64,000 nt of DNA. It comes from Candidatus Omnitrophota bacterium. GTDB lineage: Bacteria; Omnitrophota; Gorgyraeia; Zapsychrales; JBAZNR01. The notes beneath the pieces were generated by a model. The model saw nothing but the letters and a program-made list of their open reading frames with translations, was not told the origin of the DNA and ran no database searches. Positions 7,350 through 17,349 of the stretch are shown one piece after another. The stretch is from positions 719,497 to 783,496 of the forward strand of contig JBAZNR010000001.1 of assembly GCA_041649175.1 (NCBI GenBank), given 5' to 3'. A program made the position numbers and the translations under genes. The stretch's first letter is position 1. Each line of letters opens with the position of its first letter.

Positions 7350-7389
7350 CCTTGTGCGTCTGCGGTCGAAAAGCTGCAGACGCACAAGG
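7350..7389. promoter_or_regulatory. 14-bp perfect inverted repeat CCTTGTGCGTCTGC-N12-GCAGACGCACAAGG
   Basis: Exact reverse-complement arms. Lies 75 nt downstream of blc and about 190 nt upstream of nuoA. No U-run follows. Confidence 0.45.
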
Positions 7390-7400
7390 TGAATTAACTG

Positions 7401-7428
7401 TTGATTTTCCTCTTAAATACGCTATAAT
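7401..7428 (+). promoter_or_regulatory. putative sigma70 promoter of nuo operon (TTGATT-16-TATAAT)
   Basis: Consensus -10 TATAAT 7423-7428 and -35-like TTGATT 7401-7406. Confidence 0.4.
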
Positions 7429-7575
7429 TCAGCCGATATATAGCCTTTGTTCTTCTGCGAAGAGGTGTGCCAAAATCGCATCTTTTCTAAGAAATAACCA
7501 CAAGGCCTATTAAAATCAAACGAACTTAATCTGGACACAATTAAAAAAATCTGTTAGGATTGGAAAAATTTCCGT

Positions 7576-7935
7576 ATGCTTCCAGACTACATTTACATCA
7601 TATTTTACCTTATCCTCGGCGTTGTCTTCATCGCCGCGGCCTTTGTGGCGTCTTGGTTTCTGCGCCCCAGGCTTGGGGTTGAGGCGGTCAAGAATTCTCC
7701 TTATGAATGCGGAGAGATCGTTAAAGGCAACTCCCGGATCCAATTCAATGTCCGCTATTACCTGTTCGCTTTGATTTTCGTGATTTTTGACGTGGAAGTC
7801 TTATTTGTTATTCCCTGGGCGGTTGTTTTTAAGCAATTAGGAATGATCGCCTACGTTGAGATGATGATCTTTATTTTGATCCTGACCCTAGGATTAGTGT
7901 ACGCCTGGAAGAAAGGAGCCCTCGAATGGCAATAA
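7576..7935 (+). CDS. nuoA: NADH-quinone oxidoreductase subunit A
   Basis: ND3/NuoA family sequence and size (119 aa). Confidence 0.9.
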   Translation: MLPDYIYIIFYLILGVVFIAAAFVASWFLRPRLGVEAVKNSPYECGEIVKGNSRIQFNVRYYLFALIFVIFDVEVLFVIPWAVVFKQLGMIAYVEMMIFILILTLGLVYAWKKGALEWQ

Positions 7936-8537
7936 ATGATAAAGCAGCCGCGTTATCGGGAGAAAAGTTCATGGAAAAATTTCCCGGTGGAGAAGTTATA
8001 ATGACGAAAACCGAAGACCTTTTTAAATGGGCCAGAGGGTCTTCGATTTGGCCGCTCACCTTTGGGCTTTCTTGCTGTGCGATTGAAATGATGGCTACGG
8101 GTGCCTCTCGTTTTGACATTGATCGCTTAGGCTCAGGTGTGTTTCGCGCAAGTCCCCGTCAGTGCGACGTGATGATCGTTGCCGGAACCATTTGCGTTAA
8201 AATGGGCGATTGTATGAAAAAGCTCTACGCCCAAATGCCCGAGCCCAAATACGTGATCGCCATGGGCAACTGCGCCGTCGGAGGAGGGATTTTTTATCAC
8301 GATACGTATTCCGTGGTGCAGGGAACCGAACGATTAGGGATTCCGGTGGATGTGCACGTGATCGGTTGTCCGCCGCGCCCCGAAAACCTCTTAAACAGCA
8401 TTTTATTACTTAAACAAAAGATTGAAAGTCCCGAAGGATATAAACATCCTCCTTTAAATCCTGCTAATCCGAATATTGGCGGAGGATTGTTAAATAAGGA
8501 AAATCCTTCCGATAAAAAAGAAGAGAAGGCCTCTTAA
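7926..8537 (+). CDS. nuoB: NADH-quinone oxidoreductase subunit B
   Basis: CCAIEMM...GNCAVGGG...GCPPRPE motifs ligating cluster N2. Confidence 0.9.
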   Translation: MAINDKAAALSGEKFMEKFPGGEVIMTKTEDLFKWARGSSIWPLTFGLSCCAIEMMATGASRFDIDRLGSGVFRASPRQCDVMIVAGTICVKMGDCMKKLYAQMPEPKYVIAMGNCAVGGGIFYHDTYSVVQGTERLGIPVDVHVIGCPPRPENLLNSILLLKQKIESPEGYKHPPLNPANPNIGGGLLNKENPSDKKEEKAS

Positions 8538-8540
8538 ATT

Positions 8541-9008
8541 ATGGATCTTGCGCCATTAACTCAAATTGTCCGCGGAAAATTTCCCGATTCAATCGTTGAA
8601 GAACAATCCACAGCCCTTGTCATCAAAAAGGAATTTTTGCTGAAAATTGCCGAATTCCTTAAAGGGGAAGAACTGTTATTTGAAAATATGCATTGCATTT
8701 CCGGCGTTGACCGCAAAGACAAAATTGAAGTTGTTTATCATCTGTATTCCTTTAAAAATCGATTTATGCTTACACTCAAGGTTTTTCTTCCGCGGGAAAA
8801 CCCCGAAGTAGAAACTTTAACAAAGTTTTGGCGCTCAGCCGATTGGTTGGAGCGGGAAGTTTTTGATCTATTCGGTGTGAAATTCTTAAATCATCCGGAT
8901 CCGCGCCGCATTCTTAATCCGGATGAATGGACGTATTATCCTTTAAGAAAAGATTTTACGCATCCCGAATTTTTTCCAAAGGCAGAAACACAAGGGCTTA
9001 AAGGGTAA
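8541..9008 (+). CDS. nuoC: NADH-quinone oxidoreductase subunit C
   Basis: 30-kDa subunit family, ERE.FDLFG motif. Confidence 0.85.
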   Translation: MDLAPLTQIVRGKFPDSIVEEQSTALVIKKEFLLKIAEFLKGEELLFENMHCISGVDRKDKIEVVYHLYSFKNRFMLTLKVFLPRENPEVETLTKFWRSADWLEREVFDLFGVKFLNHPDPRRILNPDEWTYYPLRKDFTHPEFFPKAETQGLKG

Positions 9009-9025
9009 CGCTTAAATATTTTAAA

Positions 9026-10153
9026 ATGAACGAACATTCTTTTGATCCTAAAGAACTTAAAGACGAAGAACTCATCGTTAACATGGGGCCTCAGCACCCC
9101 TCCACGCATGGGGTTCTTTATCTGGAGTTAAAACTTAACGGTGAGATTGTTTTAGATTGCCGTCCGCATATTGGTTATCTTCATCGCAGCTGCGAAAAGG
9201 TGGCCGAAAACCGCATGTATACGGCGTTTATTCCGTTTACCGACCGCCTTGATTATTTAGCGTCGATGAATAATAATTTGGGATATGTGATGGCGGTGGA
9301 AAAAAGCCTTAACCTTACGGTTAATCCGCGCGCGCAATATCTTCGCGTGATCATCGCGGAATTAAACCGTATCGGAAGTCATTTGGTTTCGACCGGAACT
9401 TTTGCTCAAGATCTTGGCGCCTACGCAACGGCGCTTTTTTATTGCTTCCGCGACCGCGAAAAGATCGTGGAATTATTCGATACCATTTGCGGAAGCCGTC
9501 TTACCTATAATTATATGCGCATTGGCGGCGTTCAAAATGATCTGCCTGCCGGCGGAGATAAGATCATCAAGGATTTTATTAAATATGAACGCAAAAAGTT
9601 GGATGAATATGATCAGCTTTTAACTTATAACGCGATTTTCTTAGCTCGGGCGAAAAAGGTTGGCGTTCTTTCAAAAGAAATGGCTATTAACTATAGCGTT
9701 TCCGGGCCTATTTTGCGCGCGGCGGGTGTTAAGTGGGACATTAGAAAAGAAGAACCGTACCTTGTTTATGATAAATTTGATTTTGATATTCCCACCGGAC
9801 AAAACGGCGATTCGTGGGATCGATATAAGGTAAGAATTGAAGAAATGCGCCAAAGTTTAAAGATCGTTGAGCAGGCTATTGGTGCTTTGCCCGAAGGAAA
9901 TCCTGTGGCTAAGGTCAATAAGGTTCATAAACCGGCCGCCGGAGAAACATATTTGCGAACAGAAAATCCCAAAGGCGAATTAGGTTTCTATATTGTGAGC
10001 GACGGATCGGAAAAGCCTTATCGGCTTAAAATACGCTCTCCATCTTTTTCTAATTTGGCGGTACTTCCTGAGCTTATTCGCGGGCTCAATGTTTCGGATG
10101 CGATTTGCGTTTTGGGAAGCATGGACTTTGTCATGGGGGAAATTGACCGATGA
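9026..10153 (+). CDS. nuoD: NADH-quinone oxidoreductase subunit D
   Basis: 49-kDa subunit family, 375 aa. Confidence 0.9.
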   Translation: MNEHSFDPKELKDEELIVNMGPQHPSTHGVLYLELKLNGEIVLDCRPHIGYLHRSCEKVAENRMYTAFIPFTDRLDYLASMNNNLGYVMAVEKSLNLTVNPRAQYLRVIIAELNRIGSHLVSTGTFAQDLGAYATALFYCFRDREKIVELFDTICGSRLTYNYMRIGGVQNDLPAGGDKIIKDFIKYERKKLDEYDQLLTYNAIFLARAKKVGVLSKEMAINYSVSGPILRAAGVKWDIRKEEPYLVYDKFDFDIPTGQNGDSWDRYKVRIEEMRQSLKIVEQAIGALPEGNPVAKVNKVHKPAAGETYLRTENPKGELGFYIVSDGSEKPYRLKIRSPSFSNLAVLPELIRGLNVSDAICVLGSMDFVMGEIDR

Positions 10154-11115
10154 TCGATCAAACATCAGCGCTTTTTACGATGATTTTAGGCGGGTCGGTT
10201 ATTTTAGGCTTCGTGGCGATTTCCGCGATGTTTTTGGTTTGGTGGGAAAGAAAAGTTTCAGCCGTTATTCAAAACCGTTTGGGGCCGATGGTGGTTGGCT
10301 GGCACGGGTCGCTTCAAACTGCCGCCGATATGCTCAAACTTTTGTTAAAAGAGAATATTGTTCCGTCGGGAGTTGACAAATTTTCCTGGTGGCTGGCGCC
10401 GTTTTTTGTGACGGTTCCGCCCATTATGGCTTTGGTCACGGTTCCGTTTAGCGATGTGCTGATCGCGCGCGATCTTAACGTCGGAGTTTTATTCTTAACA
10501 TCCGTGACTTCTGTTTGCGTTTTAGGAATTTTCATGGCCGGATGGGGCTCAAATAATAAATATTCGCTTTTAGGCGGCATGCGTTCGGCGGCGCAAATTA
10601 TCAGCTATGAAGTTCCACTGCTTCTTTCAATTGTGGTGGTGGTGATGGAAACCGGAACGCTTTCCATGCAGGAAATCGTCCGCGCTCAAGAACATTCCTG
10701 GCTTATTTTAAAACCTAATATGGCCATCGCTGCCCTGATCTATTTTATTTCTTCCACGGCGGAAGTGAACCGTGTGCCTTTCGATATTCCGGAAGCGGAA
10801 TCGGAATTGGGAGCAGGGTATCACACCGAATATACAGGAATGAAATTCGCCATGTTCTTCTTGGCGGAATACACCAATCTTTTTATTATCTCGGCGGTGT
10901 TGGCTGTTCTATTTTTAGGCGGCTGGCAAGGCCCGGTATTGCCGCCTTTGGCATGGTTTCTCATCAAAACATACGGCATTATTTTTGTTTCGATGTGGGT
11001 TCGATGGACTTTACCGCGAGTGCGGATGGACCAAATGATGGCGTTTGCCTGGAAATTCTTAACGCCGATCGCATTAGCGAATATTGTGGTGAGCGGTTGG
11101 CTCATGTTAAAGTAA
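10150..11115 (+). CDS. nuoH: NADH-quinone oxidoreductase subunit H
   Basis: ND1 family. Overlaps nuoD by 4 nt, and nuoEFG are absent between D and H. Confidence 0.9.
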   Translation: MIDQTSALFTMILGGSVILGFVAISAMFLVWWERKVSAVIQNRLGPMVVGWHGSLQTAADMLKLLLKENIVPSGVDKFSWWLAPFFVTVPPIMALVTVPFSDVLIARDLNVGVLFLTSVTSVCVLGIFMAGWGSNNKYSLLGGMRSAAQIISYEVPLLLSIVVVVMETGTLSMQEIVRAQEHSWLILKPNMAIAALIYFISSTAEVNRVPFDIPEAESELGAGYHTEYTGMKFAMFFLAEYTNLFIISAVLAVLFLGGWQGPVLPPLAWFLIKTYGIIFVSMWVRWTLPRVRMDQMMAFAWKFLTPIALANIVVSGWLMLK

Positions 11116-11136
11116 GCGATGAAGGGATAGATAGTT

Positions 11137-11610
11137 ATGTTTTTGCGTCTTAAATTTTTTGTTTTAAGTTTTGTCAGCATCTTGATCGGGCTTAAAGTTA
11201 CGATGCGTAATATTTTTGCTCCGGCGGTGACTTTGCAGTATCCGAAAGAAAAAAGGCCGATGGCGGAAAATTTCCGCGGCATGGTTGACCTTATTCCGGA
11301 AGATTGCGTTGTTTGTTATATGTGTATTAAGATCTGCCCGGTGGCCGCGCTTGATCTTACGCACAAACAAAGCTTAACGGCGGATAATAAAAAGAAATTG
11401 GATATTACCAAATTTACGTTTAACGGAGAACTTTGCTGTTTTTGCGGGCTGTGCGAAGAGATTTGCCCGACGGACGCGATCTATTTAAATAAGATGTATG
11501 AGGTTTCTGTTTTCTCACATGATGATGTTAATAATATTGACTTGATGAACGCGGAAAAATATAAGCATCTAGACAAGTACGATCTTACTAAATATACAAA
11601 GAAGGGTTAA
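11137..11610 (+). CDS. nuoI: NADH-quinone oxidoreductase subunit I
   Basis: Two CxxCxxCxxxCP 4Fe-4S motifs, and a TLQYP motif. Confidence 0.85.
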   Translation: MFLRLKFFVLSFVSILIGLKVTMRNIFAPAVTLQYPKEKRPMAENFRGMVDLIPEDCVVCYMCIKICPVAALDLTHKQSLTADNKKKLDITKFTFNGELCCFCGLCEEICPTDAIYLNKMYEVSVFSHDDVNNIDLMNAEKYKHLDKYDLTKYTKKG

Positions 11611-11618
11611 TTAAGCCT

Positions 11619-12107
11619 GTGGCTGATTTTATTTTTTATTTTATTGCGCTTTGCGGCTGTGTTTCCGCTTTTATGACGGTGACCGCGCGGGATATTTTCC
11701 ATAGCGCCGTTTGGCTGGCGCTGACACTTTTGAGTGTCAGTGGATTTTATTTTTATATCGGAGCCGAATTCTTAGGCGCTGTTCAAATTTTGGTCTATGT
11801 CGGTGGGATTGTGACTTTATTTATCTACGCCATTAAATTAACGGCGGATATCGGCGATAAAACGATCAAGCAGACCAATGAACAAAAGGGAATTTCTTTT
11901 TTTATCAGCGCTTTGATTTTCGCGGTCCTTGTTTTCAGCATTATGAAAACACCGTTTTTAAACATTGCGCTGTCAGTCGTTGTGAGCACCGCGCAAATCG
12001 GACGAGTACTTTTAACGGATTATGTTTTAGCTTTTGAAATACTATCTTTTGTTTTGTTGATCGCTTTGATGGGCGCGATCATTATAGCCAGAAAAGAAGT
12101 TAAATAA
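11619..12107 (+). CDS. nuoJ: NADH-quinone oxidoreductase subunit J
   Basis: ND6 family membrane protein, GTG start. Confidence 0.8.
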   Translation: MADFIFYFIALCGCVSAFMTVTARDIFHSAVWLALTLLSVSGFYFYIGAEFLGAVQILVYVGGIVTLFIYAIKLTADIGDKTIKQTNEQKGISFFISALIFAVLVFSIMKTPFLNIALSVVVSTAQIGRVLLTDYVLAFEILSFVLLIALMGAIIIARKEVK

Positions 12108-12116
12108 CAAATACTT

Positions 12117-12437
12117 ATGGTCCATATTAAAGAAATTTTAATTTTTTCCAGCATCTTGTTCGTCATCGGTATTTATGGCGCCTTAACACGGCGAAATACG
12201 TTCGGTATTTTGATGTCTATTGAACTTATCTTAAATAGCTGTTGTTTGAATTTTGTGGCGTTTATGCGCTATCATCAGTCGCCTTATTTTGCGTCTCCTT
12301 TATCGGGAGAAGTTTTTGTCCTTTTTATTATCGCCATCGCGGCGGCGGAAGTGGCGGTGGGTTTGGCGCTTCTTTTAGGTATTTATCGTCATTGTAAAAG
12401 CATTGCCAGTGATCATATCAATCTGATGAAAGGGTAA
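12117..12437 (+). CDS. nuoK: NADH-quinone oxidoreductase subunit K
   Basis: ND4L family, about 100 aa. Confidence 0.85.
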   Translation: MVHIKEILIFSSILFVIGIYGALTRRNTFGILMSIELILNSCCLNFVAFMRYHQSPYFASPLSGEVFVLFIIAIAAAEVAVGLALLLGIYRHCKSIASDHINLMKG

Positions 12438-14278
12438 TGATGTTAGTTTTAGCAGGCTTAGTTTTATTATTTCCTCTTTTGGCATTTCTGCTGATCGCCT
12501 TAGTGACCAGAAAATCTCCCAGGATTTCTGCCGGTATTTCCATTCTGGCCATGCTCTTTTCTCTTATATCATCCATTATTATCTTTGGGCTGGTGGCGGC
12601 GGTTCCGGGGAATACGGAATACACATTTCCATGGATGAAGATATTAACTAATCTAAATATCGAAATAGGGATTTTGCTTAATCCAATCTCATCGGTGATG
12701 CTTTTGGTGGTATGCGCGGTGAGCTTTTTGGTTCAGGTTTACTCGGTCGGTTATATGAAAGGCGACAGCGGCTATTCGAAATATTATGCTTTCTTGTCTT
12801 TGTTTAGTTTTTCCATGCTGGGATTGGTCATCGCCAATAACTTTTTGCAGATGTATATTTTCTGGGAAATGGTGGGCTTGTCTTCGTATCTGTTGATCGG
12901 GCATTGGTATTTCAAGCCGGAAGCGGCCAACGCGGCTAAAAAGGCATTTGTGGTGACGCGTTTTGGAGATTTTGGATTTCTGATCGCCATTCTTATCCTT
13001 TCGGTGAAAACCGGAACGTTTAATTTTCTTACGCTCGAACGAATGCTGCCCACCGGTATCATTGATCCGATGACAATTACGGTGATCGCGCTTCTTTTAT
13101 TCGCGGGCGCGGCCGGTAAAAGCGCTCAATTTCCTCTCCACGTTTGGCTTCCCGATGCCATGGAAGGCCCCACGCCGGTTTCGGCTCTTATCCATGCGGC
13201 CACCATGGTGGCCGCCGGAGTATATTTGGTCGCGCGGGCGTATTTTCTTTTTTCTCTGTCGGCAACAGCCCTTTTTGTTATTGCGATCATCGGTTGTTTT
13301 ACCGCATTTTTAGCGGGAAGCATTGCTTTAGTTCAAGACGATATCAAAAAGGTTTTAGCCTATTCAACCGTCAGCCAGCTTGGCTATATGATGTTGGGGC
13401 TTGGCGTCGGTGGATTTACAGCCGGATTTTTCCATTTGATCACCCATGCGTCGTTTAAAGCGCTTTTGTTCTTAGGGGCGGGCAGCGTTATTCACGCGGT
13501 TGGAACCAACAATATTTGGGAAATGGGCGGACTTTATAAAAAGATGAAAGTAACGACGCTGACATTTTTAGCGGGTGGCTTAGCGCTTTGCGGAATATTT
13601 CCGACCAGCGGTTATTTCAGCAAAGACGCTATTTTATTGGAGACGTTTCATAGCGGGCATTACATCCTTTTTTCCGTGGCACTTTTAACCGCCGGATTTA
13701 CGGCCTTTTATATGGCGCGGCTATTTTTTGTCGTATTTTTCTCAACCGAAAAATCTCACGGAAAACATCCTCACGAATCACCGTGGGTGATGTGCGTTCC
13801 TCTTATTGTTCTCGCGGCATTTGCCTTAGGGTTAGGATACGCGGCTGAACATTTTAGGCATTTTGTTTTCTTTGGTAGTGTTGCGGCCGAAGAAGGGCAC
13901 GATATGATTATTCCGGTTGTCTCTAATATCGTGGCTATTGGCGCTATTATTTTTGCTTGGGCCATCTATCAAAAACAAATGATCTCAGCACAAGCTTTAG
14001 CTCAAAGGTTTTCCGGAATTTACAGAATCCTAAAAAATAAATATTATGTGGATGAATTTTATACGTTTTGTGTCGATCGGATCCTTTTTGTCATTTCGGA
14101 TATGGCTCACTGGTTTGACCGACATATTGTCGACGGAGCGGTGAATGGTTTCTCGCACATCATCCAATTGTCGGCCGGTTCGCTAAGGCGGATCCAAACC
14201 GGTTTTGTGCAGAATTATGCTTTAGGGATATTCGGCGGCGTTGTTGCTTTGTGTTTACTCATGTCGATAGGAAAATAA
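12437..14278 (+). CDS. nuoL: NADH-quinone oxidoreductase subunit L
   Basis: ND5 antiporter-like subunit, 613 aa. Confidence 0.9.
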   Translation: MMLVLAGLVLLFPLLAFLLIALVTRKSPRISAGISILAMLFSLISSIIIFGLVAAVPGNTEYTFPWMKILTNLNIEIGILLNPISSVMLLVVCAVSFLVQVYSVGYMKGDSGYSKYYAFLSLFSFSMLGLVIANNFLQMYIFWEMVGLSSYLLIGHWYFKPEAANAAKKAFVVTRFGDFGFLIAILILSVKTGTFNFLTLERMLPTGIIDPMTITVIALLLFAGAAGKSAQFPLHVWLPDAMEGPTPVSALIHAATMVAAGVYLVARAYFLFSLSATALFVIAIIGCFTAFLAGSIALVQDDIKKVLAYSTVSQLGYMMLGLGVGGFTAGFFHLITHASFKALLFLGAGSVIHAVGTNNIWEMGGLYKKMKVTTLTFLAGGLALCGIFPTSGYFSKDAILLETFHSGHYILFSVALLTAGFTAFYMARLFFVVFFSTEKSHGKHPHESPWVMCVPLIVLAAFALGLGYAAEHFRHFVFFGSVAAEEGHDMIIPVVSNIVAIGAIIFAWAIYQKQMISAQALAQRFSGIYRILKNKYYVDEFYTFCVDRILFVISDMAHWFDRHIVDGAVNGFSHIIQLSAGSLRRIQTGFVQNYALGIFGGVVALCLLMSIGK

Positions 14279-14319
14279 GAGCAGGCTAAAGAAGAAAGAG
14301 TAGAAAGGCATTTGAAATT

Positions 14320-15876
14320 ATGAGTTCGCAGTTTCCGTTCATATCGGTTATTTTATCGACGGTTTTTTTAGGCGGCCTTGTGGTCATGGCGCTTCCTGAA
14401 AGAAATCATCGCGCCATTAAATGGGCGGCGGGCATTTCAAGTTTTATCGCCATGGTTTTTTCTTGCGCGGCGTTTTTATGCTTTGACCGTTCACAGGGCG
14501 GATTTCAATTTATGGAGAAAATGCTCTGGTTGCCGCAGCTGGGAATTACCTATCAAGTTGGCGTGGACGGAATCGGGATCTCCATGGTGCTTTTAACCGG
14601 TATTATTATTTTTACCGGAGTTTTGATCTCTTCGCATGAATTTCTTCCTGCCGGTTTATTAGGCGGTGTGGGCCGGCCCAAAGAATATTTCGCGCTTTTA
14701 CTTTTCTTAGTCACAGGTGTCTTTGGCGTTTTTGTTTCTCTGGATCTTTTCTTTCTGTTCCTCTTTTATGAATTAGCTGTTTTGCCGATGTATCTTTTGA
14801 TCGGTATTTGGGGAACCGGGAAAAAAGAATATTCGGCTATGAAATTAACGCTTTATCTTTTATTAGGAAGTGCCTTTATTTTAGTTGGGATCTTGGTGAT
14901 GTATTTCGCGTCGGGCTTAAGAACTTTTGATTGGATCGCTTTAAGTAATTACAGTTTTGATAAAAATATTCAGGTGATCCTTTTTCCGCTCATTTTTGTT
15001 GGGTTTGGTATTTTGGCGGGTTTATGGCCGTTTCATACTTGGTCTCCCGATGGACACGCGTCGGCTCCGTCCGCGGTGAGTATGCTGCACGCAGGGGTAT
15101 TGATGAAATTGGGAGCTTTTGGCATTATCCGAGTGGCATTGCAGCTGCTTCCATACGGCGCAAAAGTATGGTGTCCGTTTTTCGCGTTTTTGACGGTTGT
15201 GAATATCGTCTACGGCGCTTTAGTTGCTATGTCACAAAAAGATTTGAAATACGTTGTGGCTTATTCATCCGTAAGCCATATGGGCATTGTTCTTTTTGGG
15301 ATTTGCAGTCTTAATCTTATCGGCTTGGATGGCGCGGTTTTTCAAATGTTCTCTCACGGAGTTATGACCGGGCTTTTCTTCGCTTTAGTGGGGTGTATTT
15401 ACGGAAGAACGCATACCAGAATTCTTGCGGAAATGGGCGGGCTGGCTAAGCTGACACCATTTTTAGCGGTTGCATTTACCATCGGTGGACTTGCCTCATT
15501 AGGATTACCCGGTACCAGCGGTTTTATCGCTGAATTTTTGGTTTTAGTCGGAGCCTTCCGCAGTTATCCGTTGCTTACGATCGTGGCCGCAACAGGAGTT
15601 GTCATAACCGCCATTTATGTCTTGCGAGTTTTGCAGAAAATATTCTTGTCTCAATTAGGCGTTCAATTTTCATCCGCGCATAGCGGGGAAAAAGCACCTT
15701 CGGCGGGGCATGCGGGTCATTCCATTGTAGTGTCAGATGCGGTTTTGGCCGAGAAAATCCCTCTTTCAATTCTTATCTTTTTTCTTATTTTATTGGGTGT
15801 TTGGCCGGCTATTCTGACCGATGTTATTAATCCGGCTGTTGCCGCTGTTGTCATCAAAATAGGGGGAATGTTTTGA
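14320..15876 (+). CDS. nuoM: NADH-quinone oxidoreductase subunit M
   Basis: ND4 family, 518 aa. Confidence 0.9.
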   Translation: MSSQFPFISVILSTVFLGGLVVMALPERNHRAIKWAAGISSFIAMVFSCAAFLCFDRSQGGFQFMEKMLWLPQLGITYQVGVDGIGISMVLLTGIIIFTGVLISSHEFLPAGLLGGVGRPKEYFALLLFLVTGVFGVFVSLDLFFLFLFYELAVLPMYLLIGIWGTGKKEYSAMKLTLYLLLGSAFILVGILVMYFASGLRTFDWIALSNYSFDKNIQVILFPLIFVGFGILAGLWPFHTWSPDGHASAPSAVSMLHAGVLMKLGAFGIIRVALQLLPYGAKVWCPFFAFLTVVNIVYGALVAMSQKDLKYVVAYSSVSHMGIVLFGICSLNLIGLDGAVFQMFSHGVMTGLFFALVGCIYGRTHTRILAEMGGLAKLTPFLAVAFTIGGLASLGLPGTSGFIAEFLVLVGAFRSYPLLTIVAATGVVITAIYVLRVLQKIFLSQLGVQFSSAHSGEKAPSAGHAGHSIVVSDAVLAEKIPLSILIFFLILLGVWPAILTDVINPAVAAVVIKIGGMF

Positions 15877-17306
15877 TCGATCTAGGGCTTTTAAAAATTG
15901 AATTTTTATTGTGCGCTCTTATCGGCATCCTTTTTATCGTCGATCTATTGACCGAACAAAAGGATATCTTAAAACGCTTAGCCGCTGTCGGAAGCTTTGT
16001 TGTTTTGGCCTATTCATTTTTCGGACAGCCGGCCGGAACAACATTTTTTGATATGTATGTCGCGGATGGATTTAGCGCGCTTTTAAAAACATTATTCCTT
16101 TTGACCGTTTTCATCACCATCCTTGTTTCTTTCGATTTTCTTAAAAAGAATCCGCGATTTACGGGCGAATATTTCATTCTGTTGCTGTCAGCGACGCTGG
16201 GAATGATCCTGATGGTGTCCAGCCAAGAGATGATCACTTTTTATGTTTCCTTAGAATTATTATCCATTAGTTCTTATATTTTAAGCGCTTATCAGAAACC
16301 CAATCCTAAATCGACAGAAGCCGGCATCAAGTATTTTCTTTTAGGCGCTATGGCGTCGGGAATTCTTTTATTCGGGATCAGCTTGGTTTATGGGGCGACG
16401 GGAACGCTTTATTTCTCGGAAATCGCGGCGGCGACAACAAATCCTTCCTCAGCCATTCTTTATGTTGGTGTCGCGCTTATTTTGATCGCTTTAAGTTTTA
16501 AGATCGCGGTCGTTCCATTTCATATGTGGGTTCCGGATGTTTATGAAGGCGCGCCAACTCCCGTCGTTGCCTTTTTCTCTGTGGGAACGAAGATGGCCGG
16601 CTTCGCTGTCTTAATGAGATTGTTCTTAATGGCCTTTGGAAATTTAAAAGCCGAGTGGGGCATGATCATGGCTGTTTTAAGTGCTGTCACGATCGTTTTA
16701 GGAAATATCCTGGCTATTCCGCAAACGAACATCAAAAGATTCATGGGATATTCCAGTATCGCTCAGGCCGGTTATATTTTGATGGGTTTAGCCGTCGCGT
16801 CTTTTAGCGGAATAAGTGCGTGCCTTTTTTATCTGGTGGCTTACTTATTCTCAAATCTTTGCGCCTTTGTCGTTATTATTATTTTTAGCGGAAAAATAGA
16901 AAGTGATGATATTGAAGCTTATCGCGGGCTTTCCAAACGTTCGCCTCTTTTAGCATTGTCTTTGCTCATTGCTTTAATGTCTTTGGGCGGCGTTCCTCCG
17001 CTGGTCGGATTTTTGGGAAAGCTGTATCTTTTTTCTAGCGCCGTGGAAAGCGGATTTACCTGGCTTGTCGTGATCGGCGTTTTGATGAGCGTTGTGTCTA
17101 TCTATTATTATTTAATGATCCTCAAAAGAGTTTATATCGAGCCTTTGGAGGGAAGTTTGCCGATCGTTTTATCTCCTGTGGAAAAGTTTGTCCTTCTCAT
17201 CTGTATTTCCGGAACCGTTATTCTTGGAATTGTCCCATATCCGGTCTTTGAACATATTCTACCCATCACCCAGTCATTCTTTAGCACTCTCGCGCTTCCT
17301 TTATAA
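15873..17306 (+). CDS. nuoN: NADH-quinone oxidoreductase subunit N
   Basis: ND2 family. TTG start overlapping the nuoM stop. Confidence 0.85.
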   Translation: MIDLGLLKIEFLLCALIGILFIVDLLTEQKDILKRLAAVGSFVVLAYSFFGQPAGTTFFDMYVADGFSALLKTLFLLTVFITILVSFDFLKKNPRFTGEYFILLLSATLGMILMVSSQEMITFYVSLELLSISSYILSAYQKPNPKSTEAGIKYFLLGAMASGILLFGISLVYGATGTLYFSEIAAATTNPSSAILYVGVALILIALSFKIAVVPFHMWVPDVYEGAPTPVVAFFSVGTKMAGFAVLMRLFLMAFGNLKAEWGMIMAVLSAVTIVLGNILAIPQTNIKRFMGYSSIAQAGYILMGLAVASFSGISACLFYLVAYLFSNLCAFVVIIIFSGKIESDDIEAYRGLSKRSPLLALSLLIALMSLGGVPPLVGFLGKLYLFSSAVESGFTWLVVIGVLMSVVSIYYYLMILKRVYIEPLEGSLPIVLSPVEKFVLLICISGTVILGIVPYPVFEHILPITQSFFSTLALPL

Positions 17307-17349
17307 GGTTTCGCGCGCTGTATCATAAATTAATAAGAAATTATCCAAA

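Noticed and set aside
7328-7513. 61-aa ORF in the blc-nuoA intergenic region
   Set aside because: It overlaps the strong palindrome and the predicted nuo promoter, has no Shine-Dalgarno and reads as low-complexity sequence. Likely non-coding.
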